Counted from the first letter of the whole stretch, positions 9,680-20,789 are shown. The stretch: DNA of 62,740 bases, filler included, from a bacterium (GCA_027063545.1; 13 parts of 13 records of this genome joined end to end with filler, not necessarily neighbours in it), one strand, 5' to 3'. Notes: a model not told the origin generated them from the letters alone. Made by a program: numbers and translations.

Positions 9680-10948
9680 CTACAAATGATAAATATAATC
9701 GATATTTCTAAATTTGCAAGATTCAAAAATAAAAAAGTATCTTAAATATCTATTAAAAAGAATAGCTAAAGCAAAAATAGGATATCCATCAAAGTAACTA
9801 GTACCTCTTACAAAGCAAGATATAAATCCAAATAGAAAGAATATTTTCATTATATTAATTTTATTATATCTTTTTAGTAAAGATAAAAAGTAGATAACAG
9901 CTGTAAATAAAAACAATAAACCAATGTACCCAAATTCTCCAATAATTTTGAATGCAATAGATGAACCATCGTTTGCATTCAGATCATACAAAATTTTATT
10001 CAAATGACTTACCACAACATAATCATTTAAAAATTCTAAGTTTAAAAATCCTACTCCTAGAGGAAAATGTTTCAATGCATATTTAGCCATCTCAAGGCCT
10101 TTTAAAAATATCAATGCAGATAGATTCTTTAAATTACTATCTGATATCTCTGCGTTATACAGACCATAGAGTAAACTAAAAAACCTTTCTTTTACAGCAG
10201 GTATTTTAAATATAGCAATTATGGCAATAATAAAAATTATGATTCCAAATATAATATTTTTTATAGTAACCCTTTGGAAAAATAAAAAAATAATAGCGAA
10301 TAATAGCAGGACAACTAATGTTGATGAAGGAGATAAAAGCAAAGAGAAAATTAATATATAAAATGTTTTTTTACCTAGGTAACGATAAAAAAAATTTTTA
10401 TTATAAAGATATAAAAATAACAAAGGTGTTAATGATATAACCAAATGAGAAGGTTCTGCAAATAAACCTGGTACACGCTGTAATTTCCATACGTATGGAT
10501 ATCCGCTATGGAAAAATCCTAGTTTCGATAATACTAGTTGAATTATTTGAGTAGTAAACTGCAAATATAAAAAGTATTTTATATATTTAAAAAATATCCT
10601 TTTAGCATACTCTGATCTGAAAAGCAAAAGAAGATATTTTCTTACTAAAACAACTAAAATAGAAAAAATAAGCAAACCTACAAATGTTCTTGAAGGTTTT
10701 ACTATATGTACTCCTTGAAGTTTCTGAAGAAAAGTAAAATATATAAGATAAATAAAAAGAAAAAAGGTAAGTAATATTTCTCTTATTCTTAGTTTTATAA
10801 CAAAAACCCCTGGAAAAGCCAGAAGTAATAAATAGGAGGGTACAGTAGCTACTAAAAGTCTTATTTGAATATCCCATAAAAATATGATAGATGATAAAAA
10901 AAGCATAGAAAATTTTATTTCCGCTGCTGATTTGTTTTTACATATCAT
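9680..10948 (-). CDS. O-antigen/polysaccharide polymerase (Wzy-like)
   Basis: About 10 TM segments; RVPGLFAEPSH, PLGVG and EFGYIG motifs; lies among glycosyltransferases. Confidence 0.8.
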   Translation of the reverse strand: MICKNKSAAEIKFSMLFLSSIIFLWDIQIRLLVATVPSYLLLLAFPGVFVIKLRIREILLTFFLFIYLIYFTFLQKLQGVHIVKPSRTFVGLLIFSILVVLVRKYLLLLFRSEYAKRIFFKYIKYFLYLQFTTQIIQLVLSKLGFFHSGYPYVWKLQRVPGLFAEPSHLVISLTPLLFLYLYNKNFFYRYLGKKTFYILIFSLLLSPSSTLVVLLLFAIIFLFFQRVTIKNIIFGIIIFIIAIIAIFKIPAVKERFFSLLYGLYNAEISDSNLKNLSALIFLKGLEMAKYALKHFPLGVGFLNLEFLNDYVVVSHLNKILYDLNANDGSSIAFKIIGEFGYIGLLFLFTAVIYFLSLLKRYNKINIMKIFFLFGFISCFVRGTSYFDGYPIFALAILFNRYLRYFFIFESCKFRNIDYIYHL

Positions 10949-11660
10949 TTTAAGATCAAGTACCTTTTTATTATTCCTTTTAGTAACGCAACAAAATACT
11001 CATAAATTAAGCTAATAATATTTCTATCAGTATGCAAGAGTTTTGCTATTAAAGTTTCCCTAAAAACGAGGGGGTTTCTTACACTAACTCCGTTAACATC
11101 AGCCTTAACTGTAATTTTATTTAAAAAAAGAGCATTTAGTCTGTCTTTAGGTCTTAACAGTAGCTCATAATCGCCTGCTATTTTAAAATACTTATTAAAA
11201 ATCCCGTATTTATTAAAAAGTTTTCGAGAATGAAAAGAACCTATATGAGCTACATTCATATATTTTCTAAATACTTTCCAATCCCAAGCTTCCCCAATAA
11301 TGTTTTTACCTAGTTTAATCTTCGAAGAAATATATAAAGGATCCCTTTTCTCTTTATGTTCTAAAATAGTTAGAACATAATTAAATACTGCCTCATTATC
11401 ATAAATGTCACCTGCTCCTAAAAAAGATATCCAGTTTGATAAAAATAATTTCAAGCCTTTATTCCAGGCATCATAAATACCTTCATCACTCTCGCTTATC
11501 CAATAATCTATATAATTTTCATATCTCCTTATTACATCTAAGGTTCCGTCAGTAGAACCTCCGTCTATAACTATATATTCCACATTTGGATAAGTTTGGT
11601 TAATAACACTTTTTATAGTTTTTTCTAAACCGTCTTTGTTATTTAATACTACTGTTACCA
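10945..11660 (-). CDS. Glycosyltransferase family 2 (WcaE-like), 5' truncated
   Basis: VTVVLNNKDGLEKTIKSVINQTYPNVEYIVIDGGSTDGT; SESDEGIYDAWNKG; IAGDYE. Confidence 0.92.
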
Positions 11661-11760
11661 NNNNNNNNNNNNNNNNNNNNNNNNNNNNNNNNNNNNNNNN
11701 NNNNTTAATTAATTAANNNNNNNNNNNNNNNNNNNNNNNNNNNNNNNNNNNNNNNNNNNN
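11661..11760. other. Artificial contig linker
   Basis: 44 N + TTAATTAATTAA + 44 N. Confidence 0.99.
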
Positions 11761-12804
11761 TATGAAAACATAAGAGTTTATAAGTATTGGAATTATATAA
11801 ATAGAATTGTAATAAGATTTAGGTGCAAAAATACTAACTATTTCTGGAGTAAATATAAGAAATATAAACACAATAGAATAGATAGAGATACTAAGTTTAT
11901 TTATAATCTTATCTATATCTTCATATTTTTTTTCTGAGAGAGATGAATATAAAAAAGGAAGCCATATTTTAGTCATAGCGAGTATAATTGTATGGATTAC
12001 AGCAGAAATTTGATAGCCTAAAGCATAGAGACCTGTAGAAGTTAATCCTACAAACTTATTTAACATAATTTTATCAGCTTGTGCTATAATTAAAGTAGAA
12101 AGAGAATGGGGAATTAAAGGAGCTGAAAAATTAAAAGCTTCTTTTAGATAATTTAATTTTATTTTAAATTTAGGTTTTATTTTTATAAGGGAATAGAATG
12201 CTAAAAAGAAATAAGTGAAAGAAATCCCTAATATACGAGCCATATATCTGTTTTTTTCCTTAAAAATTGTATAAATAAGGATTAAAAAGAGAATTAATCC
12301 TATTAAATTTTGTAAAATATATAATTTATTATAGGAAGTACTTTCTTTTTTTCCCATAAGATAAGAGAGATATAATTGGAAAAATGATGCAAATCCAGCA
12401 GTTACAAGTCCCCATAAATAAATGTTATTATCTATATTTAAATAAATTTTAAAAAATGAAGCAAAACCAAAATAAAAAACGAAAATTGTTATAGGAATAA
12501 ATACTATTAGAAATGATATTATAGAATCTAAAAAAGAATAGTAATCTATTTCTTTTTCATAATAAAATCTAGAAATAGCAGATCTTAAATTTAATGAAAT
12601 GATAATAGAAAAAATAGTAAACACAGACATAAAAATAGAAACTTTTCCATATTCATTAACAGGTAAGAGTCTTGTAAGTATTGCAATGGTGAGAAGCCCT
12701 AAAAATTTATTAAATAATTCACCAGAAAGATATTTAGAGAAATGTTTAAAGAAGCTTAAAGAAGTCTCGTCTTTAAAGACTTTTTTTAATGATAACTTAA
12801 CCAT
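11761..12804 (-). CDS. Polysaccharide flippase (Wzx), 3' truncated
   Basis: ILTRLLPVNEYG, FSAPLIPHSLS, QADKIML and TGLYALGYQI; multi-TM. Confidence 0.9.
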
Positions 12805-13240
12805 TTACTTTTCCTATCTCTTGAGCAGGATGGCCAGCTACAATTGTTTTTGGAGGAACATCTTTAACAACAACACTACCAGGCATTATTATAGATCCCT
12901 TCCCAAGTCTTACGCCCATTAAAATTATAGATCTATCACCTATCCAAACGTTATCCTCAACAATAATATCCTTTATTATATAAGTACTATCATAAGGAAT
13001 CGCATTTCCTGTTTTATAGTTATGAATATCAGAGATAAAAATTGTTTTACTATTTATTTTTACATTATTGCCTATAATAATATTTCCTTGTCCTTTAAAT
13101 TTAACCTCTTCTAAATATACATTATTACCTAGAACTACCTTATTTGTAAAATAACAACTCCCCTTTAATACCAAATTCTTTTTACTTCCCTTAGCGCGTT
13201 TTAATCTCCATTTATTTAAAATAGATGTTAAAATTCCCAT
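12797..13240 (-). CDS. Left-handed beta-helix sugar O-acetyltransferase
   Basis: IHNY...AIPYD, IVEDNVWIG and PGSVVVKDVP...GHPA hexapeptide repeats. Confidence 0.88.
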   Translation of the reverse strand: MGILTSILNKWRLKRAKGSKKNLVLKGSCYFTNKVVLGNNVYLEEVKFKGQGNIIIGNNVKINSKTIFISDIHNYKTGNAIPYDSTYIIKDIIVEDNVWIGDRSIILMGVRLGKGSIIMPGSVVVKDVPPKTIVAGHPAQEIGKVNG

Positions 13241-13719
13241 TAATGGACTTTTCCTTCCTTTTTTAATTTTTCAAAATGTTCTATGTCTCTATACTTAAAC
13301 ACCTTAGCAGGATTGCCCCCGGCAATTGCATATTTAGGAATATCCTCCATAACAACACTTCCAGCCTGAATAATAGCGCCTTCTCCTATTTTTACTCCTC
13401 CAAGTACTATAACCCTATCTCCAAACCAAACAAAATCTTCTATTATAACATCTTTTTTTTCAATCTCACCTTTATCATTTGGATATTCTGTAACAATTAA
13501 ACACTCCTGTCCAGAATGAAAATAATCACCAATTATAACTTTCCCTTTTCCTTTTATAACCATTCCATTAAATCCTACATTTTTCCCTAAATAAGTATTA
13601 CCATTAAACTTAGAATAAAAATTAACAAAAACAGGACCTTTTTTCTCTTTTATCCCCAAACTTGCTATAAAAGTATAAAAAAACCGCCTTATTTTTCTTA
13701 TTATTTTTTTGATAATCAT
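13240..13719 (-). CDS. Left-handed beta-helix sugar O-acetyltransferase (paralog of the downstream gene)
   Basis: [17 protein letters not shown] and [16 protein letters not shown]...[11 protein letters not shown]. Confidence 0.88.
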   Translation of the reverse strand: MIIKKIIRKIRRFFYTFIASLGIKEKKGPVFVNFYSKFNGNTYLGKNVGFNGMVIKGKGKVIIGDYFHSGQECLIVTEYPNDKGEIEKKDVIIEDFVWFGDRVIVLGGVKIGEGAIIQAGSVVMEDIPKYAIAGGNPAKVFKYRDIEHFEKLKKEGKVH

Positions 13720-13743
13720 AATATTTAAAAAGATATTCTAAAA

Positions 13744-14952
13744 CTAACTAAAGTTTTCATAAATATACTTAAATAAGTTCTCAAGATGAGGGGTTAAGTT
13801 AATATTTCTTCTTGCCATCATTTTACGAGCATCTTCAATTGCTTTTTTTAAAATATACTTTTCTTTAAGTCCCCATGCAAAGTTTGGAATATATTTAGGA
13901 AGTAGTTCTCCAGATGAAAATACATTTGCACTAAAACCAACAATAGTTCCAGAATTGATAGATGAATTTATTGCAAATTTAGCATAATCTCCAACTATTA
14001 CTCCCAAAAATTGCATATCTGTTTTTGTTTTAGTTTTCCCATTTAATATAACATTAATATAACTATAATTATTTTTTAAATTAGAGTTTGATGTTCCTGC
14101 CCCAAAATTTACCCATTTACCAATATAGGAGTGGCCAATAAACCCATGATGAACCTTATTAGAAAAAGAATGAAAAATAGAATTTGAAACCTCACCGCCT
14201 ATTTTACATTTATAATGAATAGATGTGCCTCCAAATATTTGAGTATGAGGCTTTATATAGTTTTCTTCACCTATAAAAGCAGGTCCTTTAATGAATGTAA
14301 AAGGCTCAATCTCTGTATTTTTTCCTACAATTACAGGCCCATTTGTTGCATCAATAACGGTATATTCTCCAATCTTTACATTCTCATCAATAAAAACAAT
14401 ATTTTCTTTTTTTATTATTATACTATTATCAATAGGAGATTTAATATCATTTTTATAAAAAACATTAAAATCTTTTAAAATATATTCCCCGTTTATTTTT
14501 ATAATATCCCAAGGATATTTTATCTCAAAAAAGTCGGTTCTTTTAGTCTCTATTTTTGGTAATTCTTCCATAAAGAATTTAGAAAGAAAATCAGGCACTT
14601 TTTTTAAGTTTTCTTTAGAAACTCTAATATAACTAACAGTCTCCCCCTGTATTCCTATTTCATCATTACCCATAACAGGAATAGGTTCATTAGTTACAAT
14701 TCTTCCATTTATAAATAAATATCTATCAGCATTAGGATCTAAATAGTTAATTTCTATAGCATATTTTTCATATAATAGATTTCTTAAAATTTTTCTTGTA
14801 AATATACCAAGTTCATATTGAGGATATAATTTTTGAAGTCTTTTAAAATTAGACATAGTTCCTATCTTTAAATCAAAAACAGGACGGGTTAATGTTAAAG
14901 GATAGAAATTTTCAACAAAATAATCTTCAAAGATAATTATTTGGGTTGTCAT
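13744..14952 (-). CDS. GlmU-like putative sugar nucleotidyltransferase (FCB-type alternative GlmU)
   Basis: FYPLTLTRPVFDLKIG, YPWDI, IGGEVSNS, SNKVHHGFIGHSYIGKWVNFGAGT and SNLKNNY. Confidence 0.88.
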   Translation of the reverse strand: MTTQIIIFEDYFVENFYPLTLTRPVFDLKIGTMSNFKRLQKLYPQYELGIFTRKILRNLLYEKYAIEINYLDPNADRYLFINGRIVTNEPIPVMGNDEIGIQGETVSYIRVSKENLKKVPDFLSKFFMEELPKIETKRTDFFEIKYPWDIIKINGEYILKDFNVFYKNDIKSPIDNSIIIKKENIVFIDENVKIGEYTVIDATNGPVIVGKNTEIEPFTFIKGPAFIGEENYIKPHTQIFGGTSIHYKCKIGGEVSNSIFHSFSNKVHHGFIGHSYIGKWVNFGAGTSNSNLKNNYSYINVILNGKTKTKTDMQFLGVIVGDYAKFAINSSINSGTIVGFSANVFSSGELLPKYIPNFAWGLKEKYILKKAIEDARKMMARRNINLTPHLENLFKYIYENFS

Positions 14953-15055
14953 ATTTACCTCCTTTCTATATTAAACCCTTCTTTTATATTTATTTAAAAT
15001 AAACTTTTTTATTTTAATGTTAAAGTGTATTTTTATATTAAAGGAGGAAAAACTT

Positions 15056-16477
15056 ATGACAGATTGGCGAATAGAGAAAGATTTTTTAGGTGAAGTGAAA
15101 ATACCTAAAGAAAGATATTGGGGAATTCATACCCAAAGAGCATTAAATAATTTTCCATATAATAATAAAAAAATTCCTTTTGAATTTATTCAAGGAATTG
15201 TTTATGTAAAAAAAGCAGCTATTTTAACAAATTGGGAGTTAGAATTTATTGACGATAAAATAAAAGATGCTTTGATTTTGGCATGTGATGATATTTTAGA
15301 AGGGAATTTAAAAGAGGAATTCCCCCTTGATATACTTCAAGGTGGTGCTGGAACATCTTTAAATATGAATATAAATGAAGTTTTAGCAAATAGAGCATTG
15401 GAAATTTTAGGGTATGAAAAGGGAAGATATGATATTATCCATCCTATAGAAACTGTTAATAAAAATCAATCAACAAATGATGTAGTCCCAACAGGGCTAA
15501 GGGTAGCAAGTCTATTTTTACTTGATAAACTATCAGAAAAAATAGCAAAACTACAAGGAGCTTTTCAGGTAAAAGAAAAAGAGTTTACAAAAATCCTAAA
15601 GATTGGAAGAACAGAACTTCAAAGCGCAGTACCAATAACCTTAGGAATGGAATTTTCCGGATATTCAGAAGCAATATCAAGGGATAGATGGAGGGTGTGG
15701 AAATCTCAAGAAAGAATAAGGGTTTCTAATTTAGGAGGAACTGCAATTGGAACAGGTATAGCAGCAGATAGGGATTATATTTATTTGGTGATAGAAAAAT
15801 TAAGAGAATTAATAAACCTAAATATTTCAAGAGCAGAAAATTTAATTGGACAAACTGCTTTTATAGATGACTTTGTTGAGGTATCAGGAATACTAAAAGC
15901 ACATGCTTCTAATTTAATAAAAATTTCTAATGATTTAAGGCTTCTTAATCTACTTGGAGAGATAAAACTTCCTCCACGACAAACTGGCTCATCTATTATG
16001 CCATCAAAGATAAATCCTGTGATTTTAGAGAGTATTATTCAAAGTGGAATTAAGGTGATTTCGAATGATAAAATAATAACAGAAACAGCAAGTTTTTCCA
16101 CACTTCAAATAATTGAATTTCTACCTCTTTTAGGTTCAACTATGATAGAATCATTAAAGATGCTTATTGTTGCAAACGAGATTTTAACAGATTATGTTTT
16201 GGAGATAAAAGCAAATGAGAAGAAATGTTTAGAAAATCTTATTAATTCTCCAACATTAATAACTCTTTTTATACCAATTATAGGTTATAGAAAGGCAGAA
16301 GAACTAATAAAAGAATACTATAACACCCAAACAAATATTTCTATAGGAGAGTTTTTTAAACAGAAATTAGGTGAAGAGGTATTTAATAGAGTTTTAGATC
16401 CTTATTATATAACCTCATTAGGATATAGAAGAGATTTAATTGAAAAACTTAAACAAAACCTCAAAAATAATATATAA
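15056..16477 (+). CDS. aspA: Aspartate ammonia-lyase
   Basis: RIEKDFLGE, YWGIHTQRA, QGGAGTSLNMN, QSTNDV, KIGRTELQ and GSSIMPSKINPV. Start moved to the ATG at 15056 behind an AGGAGG RBS. Confidence 0.88.
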   Translation: MTDWRIEKDFLGEVKIPKERYWGIHTQRALNNFPYNNKKIPFEFIQGIVYVKKAAILTNWELEFIDDKIKDALILACDDILEGNLKEEFPLDILQGGAGTSLNMNINEVLANRALEILGYEKGRYDIIHPIETVNKNQSTNDVVPTGLRVASLFLLDKLSEKIAKLQGAFQVKEKEFTKILKIGRTELQSAVPITLGMEFSGYSEAISRDRWRVWKSQERIRVSNLGGTAIGTGIAADRDYIYLVIEKLRELINLNISRAENLIGQTAFIDDFVEVSGILKAHASNLIKISNDLRLLNLLGEIKLPPRQTGSSIMPSKINPVILESIIQSGIKVISNDKIITETASFSTLQIIEFLPLLGSTMIESLKMLIVANEILTDYVLEIKANEKKCLENLINSPTLITLFIPIIGYRKAEELIKEYYNTQTNISIGEFFKQKLGEEVFNRVLDPYYITSLGYRRDLIEKLKQNLKNNI

Positions 16478-16568
16478 GAAAAAAATTTTTAAATTTTATT
16501 TTGTAAAAATTATTTTATTATATTAAATTAATTACAAAATTAGATATATCTAAAAAAGAGAGATTTTC

Positions 16569-19500
16569 ATGAGAATAGGTATTGATTTAGGTTCTACAAC
16601 AACAAAGGTAGTTATAATAGATAGAAATGATAACATAATATACAAAAAATATGTTAAACACAATGGATATCCAATAGATGTTCTTTTAAGAATTCTTGAG
16701 ACAGTTCCAAGCGAGATTGTCGTTGACAGAGAATTTTCTATTAGTATTACTGGTAGTGCAGGAATGGGGCTTTCTGAGAGAGCAGGTTTTGATTTTATTC
16801 AAGAGGTAATAGCTCTTTCAAAAGGGGTTAGAAAGTTATATCCAAATGCAGAGGCTATTATTGAGATTGGTGGAGAAGATGCTAAATTTGTCTATTTCTC
16901 TTCTTCAGGTGTTCCAGAAATGAGAATGAATGGGAGTTGTGCAGGTGGAACAGGTTCTTTTATAGATCAGATGAGGGTACTTCTGGATGTTTCTTATGAA
17001 GAGTTAGATGAGATGGCAAAACACTCTACAGAAGAGTTAACAATAGCATCTCGTTGTGGCGTTTTTGCAAAAACTGATGTTCAGGCTCTTTTAAATCAAG
17101 GGAAATCTAAGAATGATATAGCATGGGCAATATTTAAGGCAGTTGCTTTACAGTATATATCAACTTTAATAGCAGGGGTTGAGATAAAAAAGGATGTAAT
17201 ATTCGCTGGAGGTCCTTTGAATTTTTATTCACAACTTATAAGAGCATTTAAAGAACTTTTAAAAATCGGTGGTGAATTTATATTACCCAAAGATGCCAAT
17301 ATTTTAGTAGCTTATGGAGCAGCACTTTCTTCTGATTTATCTAAAAGATATACTTTTGAGTCTATTATAGAAAAAATAAGATATTCTAAATCAAAGATTA
17401 AAATAGAACCAACTTTAGATCCTTTATTTACAAATAAAAAAGAGTATGAAGAATTTAAGAAAAGGCATGAAAAAAATAGTATAGCCTATACAAAAGAAAT
17501 ATCAAAAGACGAACCTTTATTTATGGGGATAGATGCAGGATCAACAACCACAAAACTTGTAATTATTAATGAAAAAAAGGAAATTGTAGGGGAATTTTAC
17601 AAAAATAATGAAGGAGATCCTATTGGTGTAGTAAAAGAGGCTTTTAAGAAATTTAAAAAATACATGCATCAAGTTAAAAGTATTTTTGTTACAGGATATG
17701 GGGAGGAGTTAATAAAGCAAGCTTTTAAGTTAAATGGTTCTATTGTTGAAACATTTGCCCATTATAGAGCAGGATTAGAGTTTAATAAGGATATTGATTT
17801 TATTTTAGATATAGGAGGGCAGGATATAAAAGCAATAAAAATAGTTGATGGTTTTATTGAAAATATAGAATTAAATGAAGCTTGCTCCTCAGGTACAGGC
17901 TCTTTTATTGAGACATTTTCTAAAACAATGGGATTTTCGTTAGATGAATTTGTGGAAAAAGCGCTTTTTGCTAAAAATCCGATAGATTTAGGGACTCGTT
18001 GTACGGTTTTTATGAATTCTAAGGTTAAGGATGCTTTAAGAGATGGATACTCTCCTGAGGATATAGCAGCAGGACTTTCTTATAGTGTTGTAAAGAATGC
18101 CTTATATAAGGTTATTAGAATAACAGATATTTCTCAACTTGGAGAGAATATTTTAGTTCAAGGCGGTACTTTTAAGAATGATGCAGTTTTAAGAGCTTTT
18201 GAAAAATTAACAGGTAAGAATGTTATAAGAGTAAAAGAGGCTCATATAATGGGAGCCTATGGAAGTGCTATTTATGCGTTAGAGGAGTATTTAAAAGAAG
18301 GGAGAAAAGAACTTTTTAGGTTTGATGAGCATATTTTAAAAGAGGAGATTGTAAAAGATAAAAAAACATTAACTTGTAAAGGGTGTGGAAATTTTTGTAA
18401 TGTTACAATGTTTATTTTTAATAATGGAAGAAAGTTTTATACAGGAAATAAATGTGAAAGATTTTTTACAAATCAAGATAGAGCAGAGATTGTTGAGCCA
18501 AACTTTTTTAGAGAAAAGTATAGAATATTTTATGAGGATGTTATTAATGATAAAACAATTGTGTGTGATAGAGAAAAACCTAAGGTTGGTATTCCTTTAG
18601 TTCTTGAGATATTTGAGCATTTTCCTTTTTATTACTATTTATTTAAAAAACTTGGTTTTAGGCTTGAGGTAAGTCATTGGACCACTGAAAGTATATATCA
18701 AAAAGGTATAACATCTATCGTTGTAGATAATATATGTTTACCAGCAAAGGTTGTTCATGGACATATTGTTAATCTTATAGAAAAAAATGTTGATTTTATA
18801 TTTTATCCATTAGTTCAATATGAAGAAAAACAAGATAAAGATGCTTTAAATGCCTATAATTGTCCTGTTGTTACAGGTTATCCTGTTGTTATTGATAATG
18901 TTTTTCATAAAAAGATAAAAATAGAGTATCCAACTGTTAGTTTTGTAGATAGAAAATTACTTTTTAAATCGTTACAAAACTTTTTTGAGAAATATGGGGT
19001 AAAAAAGGGAGAATTTAAAAAAGCATTCGATTTTGCTTCTCAAAAGGAGAGAGAGTTAAGAGATAAATATTTAGAATTAGGTTATCAAATAATAGAAAAA
19101 GCCAAAAAAGAGAATAAACCTCTTATAATAATAGCAGGAAGACCTTATCATATAGATCCTTTTATTAATAAGGGTATATTTGATATTGTTAATTCTTTAG
19201 GGGGTTATGCAATAAGTGAAGAAGTGGCTGCAAGTTTATATAAAGGCGACTTATCTCCAGTTGTTGCTTTAACTCAATGGACTTATCATAATAGAATGTA
19301 TAAAAGTGTCCTTTGGGCAAGACAGTTTGATTATAAAAAGGTTGCTGTGCTTCAAGTAACAAGTTTTGGATGTGGCCCTGATGCAGTGACTGTTGATGAA
19401 ATGAAGGGTCTTGCTAGAGAAGGTGGAATTTTGTATATGAATATAAAAATAGATGAAATGGTAAATTTAGGAGCTGTAAAGATTAGATTGAAGAGTTTAT

Positions 19501-20759
19501 TCTATACATTAAATTCTGGTCATAAATTAACTCCTAAAAAGAGAAAGGTTGCAAGAAGGTATAATAAAGATAAGGATCCAAAAGTTATTATAGCTCCTTA
19601 TTTTCAAGAAATTTATAATGAAGTAATAAAAGGAGGTTTTGAAAGATTAGGATATAAAATTATAATGCCAGAAAAACAAACAAAAGCTTCTATTGAAGAA
19701 GGACTTAAATATGTAAATAATGATATGTGTTATCCAGCAATAATAGCTATAGGAGATATTATTTATCAATTAAAAAATTTAGATTTTAAACCTTCTGAGA
19801 TTGCTGTAGGTTTAACAGAAACAGGAGGGCAGTGTAGAGCCTCTAATTACTCTTTACATTTAAAGAAAGCAATAGTAGAAGCAGGATTTGGGGATATACC
19901 AGTTGCTGTTTTAAATACAGCAGCAGGGAATGACGATTTTAAATTCAACAAACTAAGTCTATTAAGAATTTTTTCTATAGGTTTTAATATAGCAGATGCA
20001 ATTAATAGAATGAAATTGTCTACGAGACCTTATGAGAAAAATAAAGGAACAACAGATAAATTAGTAAAAGAACTTTCAAAAGAACTTCAAAGTTATATGT
20101 TAGAAGGTGATTTAACACCTAGAGGAATGAAGAAATTCTTAAAAAAAGCAGTTAATGCTTTTAATGATGTGGATGTTTATAATAGGAAATTTGAGAGAGT
20201 AGGTATTGTTGGTGAAATATATTTAAAAACAAATGATTTTAGTAATAATTTTATTATTAGATATTTAGAAAATAAAGGATATGAAGTAGAGCAACCTGGA
20301 TTTATAAAATTTTTAGAGTCAGATTTTTTTTCAGTTATGTTTAATTTGAAAAATAATATAAGAAAGGAAATAAAAAAAATAATAACTACTTTTGCCATGA
20401 ATCAAACAATGGATTTCTTTTTTAATATAGCAGATAAGGAGCTTCAATATTATAAAAGATATAGGAAAGAAGAACCTTTAAAAAATGTTATTAATGAGAA
20501 TATAATAACGATGGCAATTCAATGTGGAGAAGCTTGGCTTTTACCTTTGGAAATTTCTGTAATGGCAAAGAAAGGGATAAAATATATAATTTCATTACAA
20601 CCATGGGGATGTATATCTAATCATATTATAGCAAAAGGTATGGTTACTAAAATCAAAGAAATATTTCCAGATATAAACTTCACCTATTTTGACTACGAAA
20701 GTAGTAGTACAAATGTTAATATTTTTAATAGATTAGAGTTGTTTTTGAGTATGAAGTAG
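16569..20759 (+). CDS. Fused CoA-activase/DUF2229/HGD-dehydratase-like protein (PlsAR/Ger-like plasmalogen or ether-lipid enzyme)
   Basis: Two BadF/BadG ASKHA domains (GIDLGSTTTK...CAGGTG...CGVFA; GIDAGSTTTK...CSSGTG...CTVFM); CKGCGNFC; ICLPAK, CPVV and SFGCGPDA; MCYPA, GGQCRASNY, GIVGEIY and QPWGC. Confidence 0.85.
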   Translation: MRIGIDLGSTTTKVVIIDRNDNIIYKKYVKHNGYPIDVLLRILETVPSEIVVDREFSISITGSAGMGLSERAGFDFIQEVIALSKGVRKLYPNAEAIIEIGGEDAKFVYFSSSGVPEMRMNGSCAGGTGSFIDQMRVLLDVSYEELDEMAKHSTEELTIASRCGVFAKTDVQALLNQGKSKNDIAWAIFKAVALQYISTLIAGVEIKKDVIFAGGPLNFYSQLIRAFKELLKIGGEFILPKDANILVAYGAALSSDLSKRYTFESIIEKIRYSKSKIKIEPTLDPLFTNKKEYEEFKKRHEKNSIAYTKEISKDEPLFMGIDAGSTTTKLVIINEKKEIVGEFYKNNEGDPIGVVKEAFKKFKKYMHQVKSIFVTGYGEELIKQAFKLNGSIVETFAHYRAGLEFNKDIDFILDIGGQDIKAIKIVDGFIENIELNEACSSGTGSFIETFSKTMGFSLDEFVEKALFAKNPIDLGTRCTVFMNSKVKDALRDGYSPEDIAAGLSYSVVKNALYKVIRITDISQLGENILVQGGTFKNDAVLRAFEKLTGKNVIRVKEAHIMGAYGSAIYALEEYLKEGRKELFRFDEHILKEEIVKDKKTLTCKGCGNFCNVTMFIFNNGRKFYTGNKCERFFTNQDRAEIVEPNFFREKYRIFYEDVINDKTIVCDREKPKVGIPLVLEIFEHFPFYYYLFKKLGFRLEVSHWTTESIYQKGITSIVVDNICLPAKVVHGHIVNLIEKNVDFIFYPLVQYEEKQDKDALNAYNCPVVTGYPVVIDNVFHKKIKIEYPTVSFVDRKLLFKSLQNFFEKYGVKKGEFKKAFDFASQKERELRDKYLELGYQIIEKAKKENKPLIIIAGRPYHIDPFINKGIFDIVNSLGGYAISEEVAASLYKGDLSPVVALTQWTYHNRMYKSVLWARQFDYKKVAVLQVTSFGCGPDAVTVDEMKGLAREGGILYMNIKIDEMVNLGAVKIRLKSLFYTLNSGHKLTPKKRKVARRYNKDKDPKVIIAPYFQEIYNEVIKGGFERLGYKIIMPEKQTKASIEEGLKYVNNDMCYPAIIAIGDIIYQLKNLDFKPSEIAVGLTETGGQCRASNYSLHLKKAIVEAGFGDIPVAVLNTAAGNDDFKFNKLSLLRIFSIGFNIADAINRMKLSTRPYEKNKGTTDKLVKELSKELQSYMLEGDLTPRGMKKFLKKAVNAFNDVDVYNRKFERVGIVGEIYLKTNDFSNNFIIRYLENKGYEVEQPGFIKFLESDFFSVMFNLKNNIRKEIKKIITTFAMNQTMDFFFNIADKELQYYKRYRKEEPLKNVINENIITMAIQCGEAWLLPLEISVMAKKGIKYIISLQPWGCISNHIIAKGMVTKIKEIFPDINFTYFDYESSSTNVNIFNRLELFLSMK

Positions 20760-20789
20760 GAATTTTTTTAACATCAAAAAAATTATAAA

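Noticed and set aside
10945-12804. Direct continuity of the two polysaccharide fragments across the 11661-11760 linker
   Set aside because: The flippase lacks a substantial C-terminal part and the GT2 lacks its start, so the flanks do not join. Adjacency cannot be inferred.
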